Source: Octopus vulgaris (lineage: Eukaryota). Taken from it: a stretch of 64,000 bases of DNA. The stretch's first letter is position 1, and every line of letters begins with the position of its first letter. Both the position numbers and the translations under genes were made by a program. Positions 1 through 12,699 of this stretch are shown piece after piece. The notes under the pieces are model-generated. The model saw only the letters and a list, made by a program, of their open reading frames with translations, was not told where the DNA came from and made no database searches. The DNA lies in assembly GCA_951406725.2 (NCBI GenBank), contig OX597819.1:74710001-74774000 (forward strand), written 5' to 3'.

Positions 1-175
1 AAAAGTGCCAGCTGTCTCATCTAAGGCGAGGACCAAGTACTGCAATAGCTTGGGATATGTTTTCGACCCTATAACTTAGCGGTTCGGCAAAAGAGAACAA
101 TAGAATAGGTACCAGACTTTAAAAATTGGTTAAAAATTATTCAGTCTAATGACTGAAAACAAATAAAGGTAAAAT
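1..175 (+). mobile_element. SINE family B, 3' part (degenerate)
   Basis: TAACTTAGCGGTTCGGCAAAAGAG..ATAGAATA..CAGTCTAATGACTGAAA matches the 3' half of family B copies elsewhere in the window. Confidence 0.75.
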
Positions 176-339
176 ACAGAGAAAAAATATGTGAAGCTTC
201 AATTGGGAGGCGTTTAATATGGCTGAGTGTCTTTTATGCGATGGAATACGGTAATTCCATGTTGAATTGAAAGTGGAGTGATCATGGTTATTGCAAGAAT
301 GGTCAGTATTGGCGCCATCTTGAATGATAAATGAAAACT

Positions 340-656
340 GACACGCCGTCGGTGATGACGACGAGGGTTCCAGTTGATCCGATCAACGGAACAGCCTGCT
401 TGTAAAGTAAACGTGCAAGCGGCCGAGTATTCCGCAGACACGCGCAAACTTAACGTAGTTCTCAGGGAGATTCAGAGTGACACAGAGTGTGGTCTGATTG
501 GCCCGTTTGAATTACAGGTACAATTCATTTTTGCCAGTTGAATGGATTGGAGCAACATGAAATAAAGTGTTTTGCACAAGGACAACGTGCCGCCAGGAAT
601 CGAACTCGCAACCTCACGATCGTGAGCTGAATACCTTAACCACTAAGCAACATGCC
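340..656 (-). mobile_element. SINE family C, near full length (tRNA head + central domain + tail ending CCGACGGAGTG)
   Basis: Minus strand reads TGCTTAGTGGTTAAGG (A box)..GAGTTCGATTCC (B box)..TTGCTCCAATCCATTCAACTGGCAAAAATG; tail GTTGATCCGATCAACGGAACAGCCTGC shared with 16305, 23450, 58960, 63160. Confidence 0.85.
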
Positions 657-1394
657 TTCGCTGAATGATGAATATGTCTGCAGAAGAGAGGGGAGGAGAG
701 AAAGGAGAATTAATGGAGATGAGAAGAGAGAACAGAGTGAGGAGGAGAAAGAAGTAGAGATGAATAAACAAATAAGAAAAAAGAGCAAGAAAAGAAAAGA
801 GAGAGAGGGAGAGAGAGAGAGAGAGAGAGATAAGAGAAAGTAAAGGAGTTGCAGAATGAGGAGAAAAAGTGAGAAGAGGGTGGTGGGGGAGAGATATTGA
901 GAATCTATTTGTATCTTTAAAAAACCTTCCAACATTTCACAACAGGTCCGTCCCCACCCCTCTCATACGCGCACACACACATAGAGTCAAACCCGAATGT
1001 GTGTGTGTGTGTGTGAAATTCTTAGCTGACTAACCACATATAATAAAGAGAAAGCGTCTAACAAAAATCATCGCTTGACATTAGCAGTTAATATACAAGA
1101 TTCACGACATAACACAGACACACACACACACAATTTAACCCGCTCCCACCCCCAACACACATTATGGAGGTGAAAAACAATGCGCAGCTAAAAAAGCTAT
1201 GTTAAAGTATGCAAAACATGATTGGTTACTGATAGCGCACACTGAGTCATGCTGACACTTGGCTCGATCTATACAGCATATATGTGTGTGTGTGTGCCTA
1301 TATGCACTAGTGCACTGTCTACCAGTGAAACCCGAATACTGATTTTAAATCGAAGATGCATTATATATATATATATATACATTCATCCTCTCTT

Positions 1395-1636
1395 TCACTT
1401 GTTTCAGTCAGTTGACTGCGGCCATGCTGGAGCATCACCTTTTGGTCGAACAGATCGACCCCAAGACATTCTTTCTAAGCCCAATACTTATTCTATCGGT
1501 CACTTTTGGTCGAACAGATCGACCCCAAGACATTCTTTCTAAGCCCAGTACTTATTCTATCGGTCACTTTTGCTGAACCTCTAAGTTATAGGGGTCGTAA
1601 AAAAATACACACCAACATCGGTTAACAAGCGATGGT

Positions 1637-1673
<37 letters not shown>

Positions 1674-1830
1674 TACATACATACATACATACAATGGGCT
1701 TCTTTCAGTTTCCGCCTACCAAATCCATTTACAATGCTTTGGTCGGCCTGAGGCTATAGTAGAAAACACTTGCCCAAGGGATCACACGGTGGGACTGAAC
1801 CTGGAACCATGTAGTTTGGAAGCAAGTTTT
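1395..1830 (-). mobile_element. SINE family B with internal (CA)n/(TACA)n and a ~64-bp internal tandem duplication
   Basis: Head GGTTCCAGGTTCAGTCCCAC..CTTGGGCAAGTG on minus strand; CTTTTGGTCGAACAGATCGACCCCAAGACATTCTTTCTAAGCCC occurs twice (about 1439 and 1503). Confidence 0.85.
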
Positions 1831-2049
1831 TTGGAGTTTTTTCAGAGGTGGAGGTCCGCATCCCATGTGTACGGCAAACACAACTTTTTCTCATTCAGGG
1901 CTTATATACAACAATATTAAATTATTTAACTTAGTCAATGCACGGTACTCGCTTTAAATTTATAAAAACAAAAAAAAATATTTTCCTCATTTACACAAAT
2001 AAGGCGGCAAGCTGACAGAATCGTTAACACGCTGGACGAAATGCTGAGT

Positions 2050-2097
2050 AGTATAATACATACATACATACATACATACATACGTATATATATATAT

Positions 2098-2145
<48 letters not shown>

Positions 2146-2228
2146 TATATATATACATTATATATACATATGTATACACACATATACAATATTTTTACAT
2201 ATACATATATATTATACACACACACACG

Positions 2229-2275
<47 letters not shown>

Positions 2276-2450
2276 TAATATATATATACATATATACATA
2301 TGTATACACACATATACAATATATATACATATATATTATACACACAAACACGTATATAATATATATATACACATATATAATATATATGTATATATATAAT
2401 TTACATAAATATAAAATATCTATAATATATGTATATATATAAATATATAA

Positions 2451-2507
<57 letters not shown>

Positions 2508-2590
2508 AATATATATATATATATATAATATATATATAATATATATAAATATAAGTATATATATAAATATAAGTATATATATAAATATAA

Positions 2591-2631
<41 letters not shown>

Positions 2632-2648
2632 TACATACATACACACAC
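2050..2648. repeat. Large compound (TA)n/(TACA)n microsatellite field
   Basis: Directly visible; includes an 18-bp unit ATATATAAATATAAGTAT repeated about 3 times near 2540-2595. Confidence 0.95.
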
Positions 2649-2721
2649 GGCTGAGTGGACATATGAAAGAAAAAGGCACTCAACATATTTCGTAGGAGTT
2701 GTATATATCTAAAACAGTTTC

Positions 2722-2811
2722 ATTCGGTTCCATCCGACTTCAATAATCTGGGCTGAACTAGTTAGGCTTCAGCCTGAAGCCTGCGAAACTTTAAGTCGGA
2801 TGAAGACGAAT
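2722..2811 (+). ncRNA. Fold-back containing a degenerate hammerhead-like core
   Basis: Outer arms ATTCGGTTCCATCCGACTT / AAGTCGGATGAAGACGAAT; inner CTGAACTA-GTT-AGGCTTCAG-C-CTGAAGCCT-GC-GAAACTTTAAGTC. Confidence 0.45.
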
Positions 2812-2814
2812 CTC

Positions 2815-2846
<32 letters not shown>

Positions 2847-2865
2847 TAATAATAATAATAATAAT

Positions 2866-3053
2866 AATTGCTTCAAATTTTGCCACAAAGGCACCCATTT
2901 TGGGGGAGGGGATAAGTCAATTACATCGACTCCAATGTTTCACTGGTACTTATTTTATCGACCCCGAAAGGATGAAAGGCAAAGACGACCTCGGCGGAAT
3001 TTGAACTCAAGACGTAAAAACTGATAAAATGCGACTATGCATTTTGCTCCACG
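2866..3053 (-). mobile_element. SINE family A (tail type 2), 5'-eroded
   Basis: Plus strand TTATCGACCCCGAAAGGATGAAAGGCAAAG..CCTCGGCGGAATTTGAACTC is the reverse complement of the family A core and B box; (AAT)n tail at 2817-2868. Confidence 0.85.
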
Positions 3054-3062
3054 TGATGATAC

Positions 3063-3444
3063 TAATAAGAGCACTCGGAGAGCGCAATCCTCCGGCAAGG
3101 CAACATCAACGTCCTCTCAATGATTAGCCAGAGATGAATTTTAAAATGAGAATATCTGAAATAAACTCGACTGCTCTCAGAAACGAGAATACTAAAAATG
3201 AACCCGACCACTCTGAAAAGTTAAGTAAAAAAAAAAAACACATAAAAAACAAACAAGAATCCTTGTCCAGTACAAGATCGATCCCAAAATTTAATCAGTT
3301 CGTGCCAGTAACGAGGCCAAACATCCCTGAAAGTTTCATCCGAATCTATCCTGAGGTTCTTGAGATATCTTGTCCACGGACAAAGAAACAAACAAACGCG
3401 ACTGAAAACAATACCTCTGCCTCCGCCAAGGAAGAGGTAATAAT
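3063..3444 (+). mobile_element. Non-autonomous Helentron/DINE-1-like element, copy 1
   Basis: Starts AATAAGAGCACTCGGAGAGCGCAATCCTCCGGCAAGG; (CAAA)n near the 3' end; terminal hairpin TACCTCTGCCTCCGCCAAGGAAGAGGTA; homologous to 7264-7596. Confidence 0.6.
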
Positions 3445-3537
3445 CAGGTAATATATATATATATATATATCTATATTGTATAGAGGGCATTATTACACAT
3501 AAATGCCTCACACTAAGAGGGACAAAGTCATTACTAC

Positions 3538-3586
<49 letters not shown>

Positions 3587-3704
3587 CACATTTATTAAAG
3601 AGTGGGAGTTTATCTTCAAAGACTGAGAATTTTGTGTTCACTGCAGAGGAAGCAGAAGAGAGAAAAAACATTTTATTTTACACAGACACACTCATTATAT
3701 ATTT

Positions 3705-3756
<52 letters not shown>

Positions 3757-3757
<1 letters not shown>

Positions 3758-4010
3758 TTTACTTGTTTCAGTTATTAGACTGTGGCCACGCTGGACCACC
3801 GTTCTTGAATTTTTGGGGTCGAATGAATCGACCCCATTACTTTTTTTTTAAACCCGATACGTATTGAATCGGTCTCTTTTTGCCGAACCGCTAATTGATG
3901 GAGATGGAAACAAACCAGCATAGGTTGTCAAGTATCAATGCAGGACACACACAGACACACACACATATATATATATGTACATGACGGGCTTTTTTTTTCC
4001 GTTTCCGTTT
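3757..4010 (-). mobile_element. SINE family B, 3' half
   Basis: CTTTTACTTGTTTCAGTTATTAGACTGTGGCCACGCTGG..GCCGAACCGCTAA. Confidence 0.8.
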
Positions 4011-4305
4011 ATATATCATTTATATCTCTTAGCATTTTTGTGTTGGTCTTTGTCAATGGAATGCTAAAAATAGAACATGAGTACAAGACTAAGGGAAAGT
4101 ATAAGAGATCCAGAAGAGATCTCCAACTCATTCACCCGAAAACGTGCAGGTTCATAGCTGTTGTTGTATCATATTAATGCAATAATGTATATAATATTGT
4201 GAAACACTCAGCAACTACCAGCTGAGGTTAATAATGTACAGAAACAATTGTAATGAGTTTGATTAAAGCCTGTTCATTCCATCTCCTTGTATTATAATTT
4301 GCGTG

Positions 4306-4385
<80 letters not shown>

Positions 4386-4544
4386 ACACCCCGAAGACTT
4401 CTAAACCCAGGAAACTAAACAGCATTCACCCCCCCCCCCACCGACAACCATCAACACAAAAAAAAGTTGTAGTGACGGCATGAACGTCACAGCAACCCTT
4501 CTTTCCCGTTGTAAAAAAAGGAGAGAATATTACTGTTGAAAATG

Positions 4545-4752
4545 AATTGGCGAAGTCAGTGTTGGACATAACACCGAGCAGTATTTAGTTGTGATAGTTA
4601 ATGTTCTTCGTTCGAATCTTACCGAGGCCAACTTTGCCTTCTATTTTTTTAGGGGCAGATAAAATAAAGTGCCATTCAAATACCAGGATTGACAGCATCG
4701 AATAATCCCTTCTCTTCCAAATTTCAGACCCCTTTCGCCTATGTGGAAGTCA
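4545..4752 (+). mobile_element. SINE family A, old degenerate copy
   Basis: GTTCGAATCTTACCGAGGCCAACTTTGCCTT..GATAAAATAAAGTGCCA. Confidence 0.65.
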
Positions 4753-4914
4753 TTTTATAAAAAATCATTTCGCATATTTCTTTTAAGGGGCTTCTTCCCT
4801 ATCCTCAATGGACCATTGGCCACGCACACGCGCGAGTGTGTGTGTGTGTGTGTGTGTGTTTGTGTGTTTGTGCGTGTATGTGCGTGTGTGTGTGTGTGCA
4901 CTGAATATCCTTCC

Positions 4915-6105
4915 TGACATTCCGTGACTATGCATCTCGTTACCAAAATGTATGAAAGCAGCGACAGTGATTGCTTACACAAAACTGACAAACAATGAAT
5001 GTTTATTATAAATGTTGCTGCTGATGATGAACAGGGACAAATGTCTTGATGCTGAGACGAGGCAGACAAACAACAAGGAGTCCGACCTTTGGCACTCAGC
5101 CACGTGTTGCCACACAGACAACAGCTTATTAAATGGACCCCAAGAAGTCTGATACGTATTATCCGTCGACGTATTTTGAACTGAAAATGTCTTGAAAAGT
5201 GCCCGCCACAACATTTGTTGTACCCCAAGCCGAGCCGTGAGGAGTTCTATATCTTCCGGGATACAATCCCTTAAACGTTCAAACACCATTAAAGTAGTCT
5301 CCAGTCTAAGCCCGCATTTTTTTCTGCTGTTTCTGACAGTTTAGGGTACCTCTCCAGTTTCCTTTCTCTCCCTTTTGTTGCAAGAAACTGGTGTTTATGT
5401 GGAGACGACCTCTCGGTTGTCTCAAGCCCTCCTCCTCTTTCGTTGGTCCCTAAGTATTCTCGCAGCGACATCCTGTAGTGCAACACCAACTATGGTTAGT
5501 CCCAGAGGCTTGCTGTTGTGATATCTGACTCTACTGTTGTCTATTGTCCTTTTCCGCTTCTGTTTCCTTTCTTCCCTCAAGTAGCCCTTAGTCCTACACC
5601 TGTAACAATTGGGATTTCTGCCCTGCACTTTTCTCTCTGGGGTGGGGTGGGAGTTCATCAAGATCTGTATGTCTGGGTACAGCTCCTATTCGACTACGTT
5701 GTTTCCTGTCATCTCTGCCTCACCAGCTGCCCCTGCCTTACTGCATAGGTCACGATGAGCCAAACGTTAACATTCATATTAATATCTCAAGTCACAAACC
5801 TCTATGTTTTATCTACTCCTATACTACAGCCCTTAGCTATTTACGTAGTGCCTCCCACATAGACCAGAATCTTCTCTCACTGCTCGTTCCTTGTTTACTC
5901 AGAAACAGAAGCATGTTACTCTCCTCCTTGGGAATTCCTCGGTGAAATCGTTGAGTAAAGAGGTACAGTCTCTTATGACATACTTTTTGTACATTTTTCT
6001 CCTTAGGGAACTGACTCATGTCATTGGTTTCTTTCTGGCTTGCAACGCTTGCAAACGTTTACAATAGTGATGATGCAATCACACAAATGAATCCGTCTGC
6101 TTCCA
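4915..6105 (-). mobile_element. Decayed LTR-retrotransposon-like remnant (gag-like fragments, putative PBS and 3' LTR)
   Basis: Minus strand: TGGAAGCAGA at 6096-6105 (1 mismatch to the tRNA-iMet PBS TGGTAGCAGA) just upstream of ORF MSQFPKE..; knuckle-like NCYRCRTKGYL near 5590-5610; possible LTR TGTATCCCGG (5265)..AATAAA..CGGAATGTCA (4915). Confidence 0.4.
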
Positions 6106-6162
6106 GATAGAGAGAAAGAAATATACTAAAACCAACCCTGGGTTATCATTTACTAAGAATTT

Positions 6163-6372
6163 AAGGCGGCGAGCTAGCAGAATCGTTGGCATGCTGGGCA
6201 AAATGCCTAGCGGCATTTCGTCCGTCTTTACGTTCAAATTTTGCCATGGTCGGCTTTACCTTTCGTCTTTACGAGGGTCGATAAAATAAGGACCACTTGA
6301 ACACTGGAGGCGATGTAATCCTCTTACCCGCCTCCCCCGAAATTGCTGGCTTTGTGCCTTGAAACCATTATT
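6163..6372 (+). mobile_element. SINE family A (tail type 2)
   Basis: AAGGCGGCGAGCTAGCAGAATCGTTGGC..GTTCAAATT..GGGTCGATAAAATAAG. Confidence 0.85.
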
Positions 6373-7069
6373 TACGAAGGATTATATCCACGAAAACTTA
6401 TTTATAAATGTAACATTTCTGATTGCCATTTCAGTTTCACATTCAGTGTCATAAACAGAAAATACAGCCAACTTTCGAAGAACACGCATCCGAAAATTAG
6501 TGTAATCAAGTGCACTTGTACTAAAGTTGTTGTGGAATCCTGACTGAATACTGCACAATGATGGTTCTTAATTATTTAGATTCATAAAAGTGTTTGTGTG
6601 TGCTTTATTAAATCGACCATGAAACTTGTGTCGTTCAAGTTTGCATCGTCACTACACACAGTCTGTGATGTCAACCGGTCTGATTTACAAACACAAAGTG
6701 ATAAATATGGCGGTAGTGACACGACAAATAAATGTTTTCTTTTTTTGTTTTGTTTTTTTGTAATATAGATATTTGCTCTTAAATGTTGTCTCTTGACCGA
6801 ATTTATCGTTTTCAGTTTATGGGAAATACAACAGAGATGACTCGTAATATCAGCTTTATCTTCTTCAGCACACAGAACCGAATAACAACAACGACAACAA
6901 TGCGCTGAGGTTGTTATCAGCGAAGGATACAAAATCTGAACAAGATTGCAGAGATGGCTAAATAAAATAAAATAAAATAAAATAAAATAGAATCGTAAAT
7001 AAACGAGTCAGATAAGAAGGGAAACAGTATTAGCAGTATTATAATGATGATGATGATGATTTCTATTAT

Positions 7070-7252
7070 AAGCACAAGGCGCGAAATTTTTGTAGAAGAG
7101 TACAACCGATTACATCGACTCCAGTGCGTGACTGGTACTTAGTTCATCGACCTTGGAAGGATGAAAGGCGACCTCGGCGGAATTGAACACGGGACGTAAA
7201 AACGGACGAAAACATTTTGCCCGGCGTGCTAACAAGTCTGCCAGCTCGCCAC
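7070..7252 (-). mobile_element. SINE family A
   Basis: CGGCGTGCTAACAAGTCTGCCAGCTCGCC is the reverse complement of the head; core GGATGAAAGGCGACCTCGGCGG. Confidence 0.85.
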
Positions 7253-7263
7253 ATTCCAAATAA

Positions 7264-7596
7264 TAATAAGAGCACCCAGAGAGCGCAAACCTCCATCTAG
7301 GTAACACTAACGTCCATTGAACGATTTGCCAGAGATGAATTTTAAAATGAGAACATTTGAAATTCTCACAAATGAAAATACTAAAATTGAACCCGACCTC
7401 TCTCAAAAATTCAAAACAATGGGGAAATAACCGGATCGACCCCAAAATCTAATCAGTTCGTGACAGTCACGAGGCCAAACATCCCTGAAGGTTTCATCAA
7501 AATTCATCCAGGGGTTCTTGAGATATTCTGTCCACGGACAAACAAACAAACACGACTGAAAACAATACCTCCGCCTTCGCTAAGGCAGAAGTAATA
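7264..7596 (+). mobile_element. Non-autonomous Helentron/DINE-1-like element, copy 2
   Basis: AATAAGAGCACCCAGAGAGCGCAAACCTCC..(CAAA)n..AATACCTCCGCCTTCGCTAAGGCAGAAGTAAT; colinear with 3063-3444. Confidence 0.6.
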
Positions 7597-7852
7597 AATT
7601 CTTAAACAACTTGTAGAGAGGCGTGTCCCAAACATTTGTAGAAAGGACACAGATTATTGATTTGTGGTGGGTGAGGACTAAATTCTTAGAAGCAACAAAT
7701 GGCACGAGCAGAATTATTTATAAGAAAATTGGATAATTAGTTTAGCATCGATATACACAAATAATGCCTGATAATGGGTCTAACATCGACACTTATTCTC
7801 TATCTGTCGCTCTACGTTTCATACTTTCTCTACCTTTCCCGCCTTCTCTACC

Positions 7853-7893
<41 letters not shown>

Positions 7894-8960
7894 CTCTTCC
7901 CTCTCATTCCCCAATCGTATGCATTTCATTTCTTTATTTCATCAACATCGTTGACCTTTCTCCGTTGAATCCTTCTTATTCAGAGTCTGTATTGTGTCGG
8001 ACAGAACGAATTGAAAAAAAAAAGCAACATTAACAACAAGTAAAAACCATTAAAAAATATAAAAAAACATAGAAACATGGCGGCAAAGTGTGTGTGTGGG
8101 TGGGGGGGGGGTAGACTGAAATAATAAAAAAAAATAGTCGGAACAAAAATAAAACACTACAATCACAAGGCCTTTCGTTTTGACTTTGAAATAGAGAAGG
8201 CGGGTATCTTCCACCCCCTCCTCTCTCTCTCTCTCACAGACACCCATACAACTCACACTTATACTTTCGTGTGCCCCCTAAACACATGGCTTACGGGCTA
8301 ATTATTGTTCACGTATGTGCATGTACATATGTGTGTGTGTGTGTGTGTGTGTATGTGTACGCGCGTGTGTGTGTGTGTGTGTGTGTGCTTTATCCGATTC
8401 AGAATTACAATATGGATCAGAGAGTTATACAAGAAAGGAGGTTGTACATACAAATGTAACCAGAATAAGATTGTGTAGTTAGGAATAAAAATAAGAAAAA
8501 GAAAAGGGAAGAAAAACTGAATAGAAAGACCTGAATAAAAAGAGAAAAGACTAACTCCCAGACGCCATCGAGAGGAAAGAAGAGGGTTCTGTCGATTAAA
8601 TCGACTCCAATACTTCACTGGTTTCTTTTATTATTTTATTGACACTTAAAGGATGAAAAGCAATGTCGGCCCTTGGTGGAATTTGAATTCGACAAAGAAC
8701 GCCACAAAGTACTTTCTACGGTACTCTAAATGCAGTAGCGTGCACCTACCTTCTCCACACCTCATCCACCAGTCTCCTTTCTGCTGTATGAAATATATTT
8801 CGCATAACTAAGAGAACTGCCGGATCCCATGGAATTACCGTTAAGGTTAACTTTGCCGTTTATCCTTCTTAGATCGATAGAATAAATATCATTTATAGTA
8901 CAATCGATAAACTCTTCCCAGCCCCTAAGTTTCTATCTTTTGTGCCTACGCCAGAAACAC

Positions 8961-9530
8961 CGAGCTGGCAGAAACGTCAGCACGCCGGGCGAAATGCTTA
9001 GCGGTATTTCGTCTGCGGTTACGTTCTGAGTTCAAATTCCGCCGAGGTCGACTTTGCCTTTCATCCTTTTGGGGTCGATTAAATAAGTACCAGTTACGCA
9101 CTGGGTCGATATAATCGATTTAATCCGTTTGTCTGTCCTTGTTTGTCCTCTCTGTGTTTAGCCCCTCGTGGGTAGTAAAGAAATAGGTATTTCTTCCGTT
9201 TTTGCGTTCTGAGTTCAAATTCCGCTGAGGTTTCATCGTTTCGGGGTCGATTAAATAAGTACCAGTTACGCACTGGAGTCGACATAATCGACTTAATCTG
9301 TTTGTCTGTCCTTGTTTGTCCTCTCTGTGTTTAGCCCCTCGTGGGTAGTAAAGAAATAGGTATTTCTTCCGTTTTTGCGTTCTGAGTTCAAATTCCGCTG
9401 AGGTCAACTTTGCCTTTCATGCTTTCGGGGTTGCTAAAATAAGTACCAGTTGTACAGCGGAGTCAATGTAATCGATTAAACTCCTTTCCCGTAAACTTCA
9501 GGCCTTGTACCTTTTAGTAGAAAGGATTAT
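8961..9530 (+). mobile_element. Tandem/nested array of three SINE A bodies (two with tail type 1, one with tail type 2)
   Basis: One head, then GCGTTCTGAGTTCAAATTCCGC three times; tail TTAGCCCCTCGTGGGTAGTAAAGAAATAGGTATTTC twice. Confidence 0.85.
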
Positions 9531-11049
9531 TGGCAGCAGTAACAGCTTCGCATCACCACATTCCTGTCGATACTATTCTCTCTCCATCACCACCTACAAG
9601 AGTGAGTGTGTGAGAGGGAGGGAGAGAGATTTGGGACACATCAAAAAATATGAAGTAAACATTGTTGGTGAAAGATGTGGTCAACATTTTCTCTCTCTCT
9701 CTCTCTTCCTTTCTCTCTCTCTCTCTCTTTCTTTCTCTTTCTCTATTTCTTTCTGCCACATGATTTATATCGTAATCGTGCATCTCCGTCGCCTGACCAT
9801 GAGGTTTCAGTTGTTCAATCAAGTAAATTACCTGCTCCTGAACTAACGTGTAAGTAGCCGGGTATTCCACAGACACGTATACCCTTAACGTGTGTAAGAG
9901 CATTAGACGAGGCCATGCCTTTTGAATTACAGGTACAATCCATGCGGACAACAAGAAAATATACAGGAAAAGCGTAGCACAAATGGATGTGCCATATCCA
10001 TTCATCAGCCGTTGACTACAAGTCATTACAATCTCGGCATCTACCTTGTAACAATTTCCAATTGAAAATCGATCAAGGTGTTTTTTTTTACATATCTTTT
10101 GGGACTATATTTCCGGGGAATGTGGGTGTCCTGTATGTTTCCGTATAGTTCGTTTGTGCCACTTTTTGCATGGAATGAAACTACTTGGCGCACCTGTTTC
10201 GACGCTGATGGTTTGGCACGGCTGGCAGGATATTCAACCTGTTTTGGAGACAGTACTTTTTAGCAATGGAGGCAAATGCACACAAATATATACACACACA
10301 GTTATACATGCACGCACAGAAATATACACATAGAGAGGGAGGGAAGGGGAGAGAGAGAGAGAGAGAACAAAAGAAACATTAAAACGTCTAATATCAAGTC
10401 GAATCAGCAACGCCGTATAGTCGGCACCAAAACAGCTGTGCCAAATTGTCTCAGACCCCTTCATGTTATGCAAATATAAAGAAGCTTAAGACGAAAATTT
10501 TGCTATCTTAATTCGGCTCTTTTTTGAAAATGCTGGTAACCCTGGCCAGATGCGTGTGCTTTTGTGATCTTATAAGACAAACTTAATACTTATGCTTTCT
10601 CGCCACCCGATTAATGCCTCCATGCCATAACTGTTACTCAATCAAAGCTGTGCGTAGCTACCCAACAAGGCTGGAACCAAACAACAAATATAACAATAAA
10701 TAGAAAGAAAGGAAGGGGTTTAATAATATACAAAGGTCAGATTTACTTCGATCAAAACTAATCCCAATGCACGGAATAAATTTCGTGGTAAATTATGGCA
10801 GAATTAACGAAATATTTACAAGGGAAGCGCAGTAACAAGATAAGTCACGACTCTTTCTTCCAGAAATATTTATCTGTCTACCTACATACATACATACCAC
10901 AGACATCCATGGAAACTTGTCTCAGTTTACTCTCTCGCTCTTTCTCTCTCTCTCCATCTACACCCTCGCCACCCGCTGTGGGGTGATGAATGCTTCACAA
11001 GGGAGTACGACGTGTTTCGAAGAATTGTAATTTTTCTTAGAAACAAATC

Positions 11050-11390
11050 TTTCACTCGTCTAGACTGCGGCCATGCTGGAGACTTCTTTTTCTTTTAATG
11101 CCTGTAACTTATTCTATCGATCTCCTCTGCCTAACCGCTAATTTATGGGAACGTGGACACACCAACATTGGTTGCACAGCGGTGATGGGGAACAAACACA
11201 GAAACAAATACACACACACGTGTGTGTGTGTATACACGACGGTCTTCTTTCAGTTTCCGTCTACTAAATCAACTCACAAGGATTTGGTCGGCTTGCATCT
11301 ATAGTAAAAAACATTTACCCAAGGTACCACGCAGTGGGACTGAACCCGAAACCATGTGGTTGGGAAGCAAGCTTCTTACCACACAGCCGA
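11050..11390 (-). mobile_element. SINE family B
   Basis: CCCAAGGTACCACGCAGTGGGACTGAACCCGAAACCATGTGGTTGGGAAGCAAGCTTCTTACCACACAGCC. Confidence 0.85.
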
Positions 11391-11648
11391 ATACGTTACC
11401 CATATTTTGCGATCGTGAATGCGACGTTCCTAATCACAAGGTGACGCATCTTCACTGAGAGTAAATCTTTGCCCTAATTAAAATATGTCCGGGAAGGACA
11501 TGATGCTAAGAATGGTCAGAAAAATGATCGAAGGTGTACGAAGGCGTGTCCGGAAAATTCACCACAAACAATTTTGCCGTGGGAAAATTTGCTACAGGAA
11601 ATTTCACTCTAAAGGAGGCTTACAAGCAGACTGTAAACTAGATTTTAA

Positions 11649-12279
11649 CACGTTGGCTCCAGAGCCTCATTTTACATTTTATCCCAGGGTCCCAAAACGA
11701 TATCTTAATTGTAACATGAGCGGTGTAATATTTTTACACTATACCACATGTGAGGCAAGGGCCACATAGGTATTGTTAGATACTCACGTCCCACCGGGGG
11801 GAGGGGGTCATGTGGTACCCTACTTCATATCACATCCTAGATACCACACGACCTACCCGTGGTCAATAAAAAATTTGGGATATTTTTTAGTGGAAGATCT
11901 CGAATTTTTTTCAAAAAGAACTATCTTGGTTTCCATGTCAAGTAAGATATTTTTCATTCCTTCTGTTTCTATTGAAAAATCTACCGATTTTTTCAAAAAG
12001 AACTATTTTTGTTTCAATGGCAAATAAAATTTTCTCAATACTCAATCTCTTATTTTACCTCAGTACATGGTGAAATCAGAGGAAAAACGAATATATATAT
12101 AAGAAATCTATAAAAAAAATTCTCTTAGTGTAGCAAAAGCACAAATCAAAGCAATCGGAGCATTTCAGCTCTCAGAAAGCCTTTAGGAAAGAAATTAAGA
12201 AGCGACCTGCTGGTGGGTCGGGCGGAGCTCGCTAACATACCACTACGACCCACAAGCAGCATGTGTAGGAGCCAATGCG
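11649..12279. mobile_element. piggyBac-type MITE
   Basis: TTAA (11645-48) + CACGTTGGCTCC ... GGAGCCAATGCG + TTAA (12280-83); TIRs 10/12 identical; no ORF. Confidence 0.75.
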
Positions 12280-12699
12280 TTAAAGAAATTATTTTTCTCT
12301 AATTGGTAGGTTAATTGAGGAAGTTGCCATTTTAAGAATACAGCTCATCTTATTTTTTTTTTTTTTCATTTTTAGATTTGGTTTGCAAGATTCTTTATGT
12401 GAAGCATATTCTGCAGTGTCTGGGGAGAGCCATTCTCTTTTAGACACACCCAGACATGCACACACAAGGAGACAGAAGTGCACACACAGTTGCAAACATA
12501 CACACACACACACACACACACACGAATATGCAGAATACATACATACAAACGGACACACATACATACATATATACATACGCATACACATGCATACAAACAC
12601 ATGCATGCACACACATGCATGCATGCACACACATGCATACATACACATGCATATATACACACATGCATACATACACACATGCATGCATACACACACACG

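Noticed and set aside
560-656. tRNA-like sequences with A and B boxes (also the heads of SINEs A and B)
   Set aside because: They continue into SINE bodies and lack a complete cloverleaf, so they are not tRNA genes.
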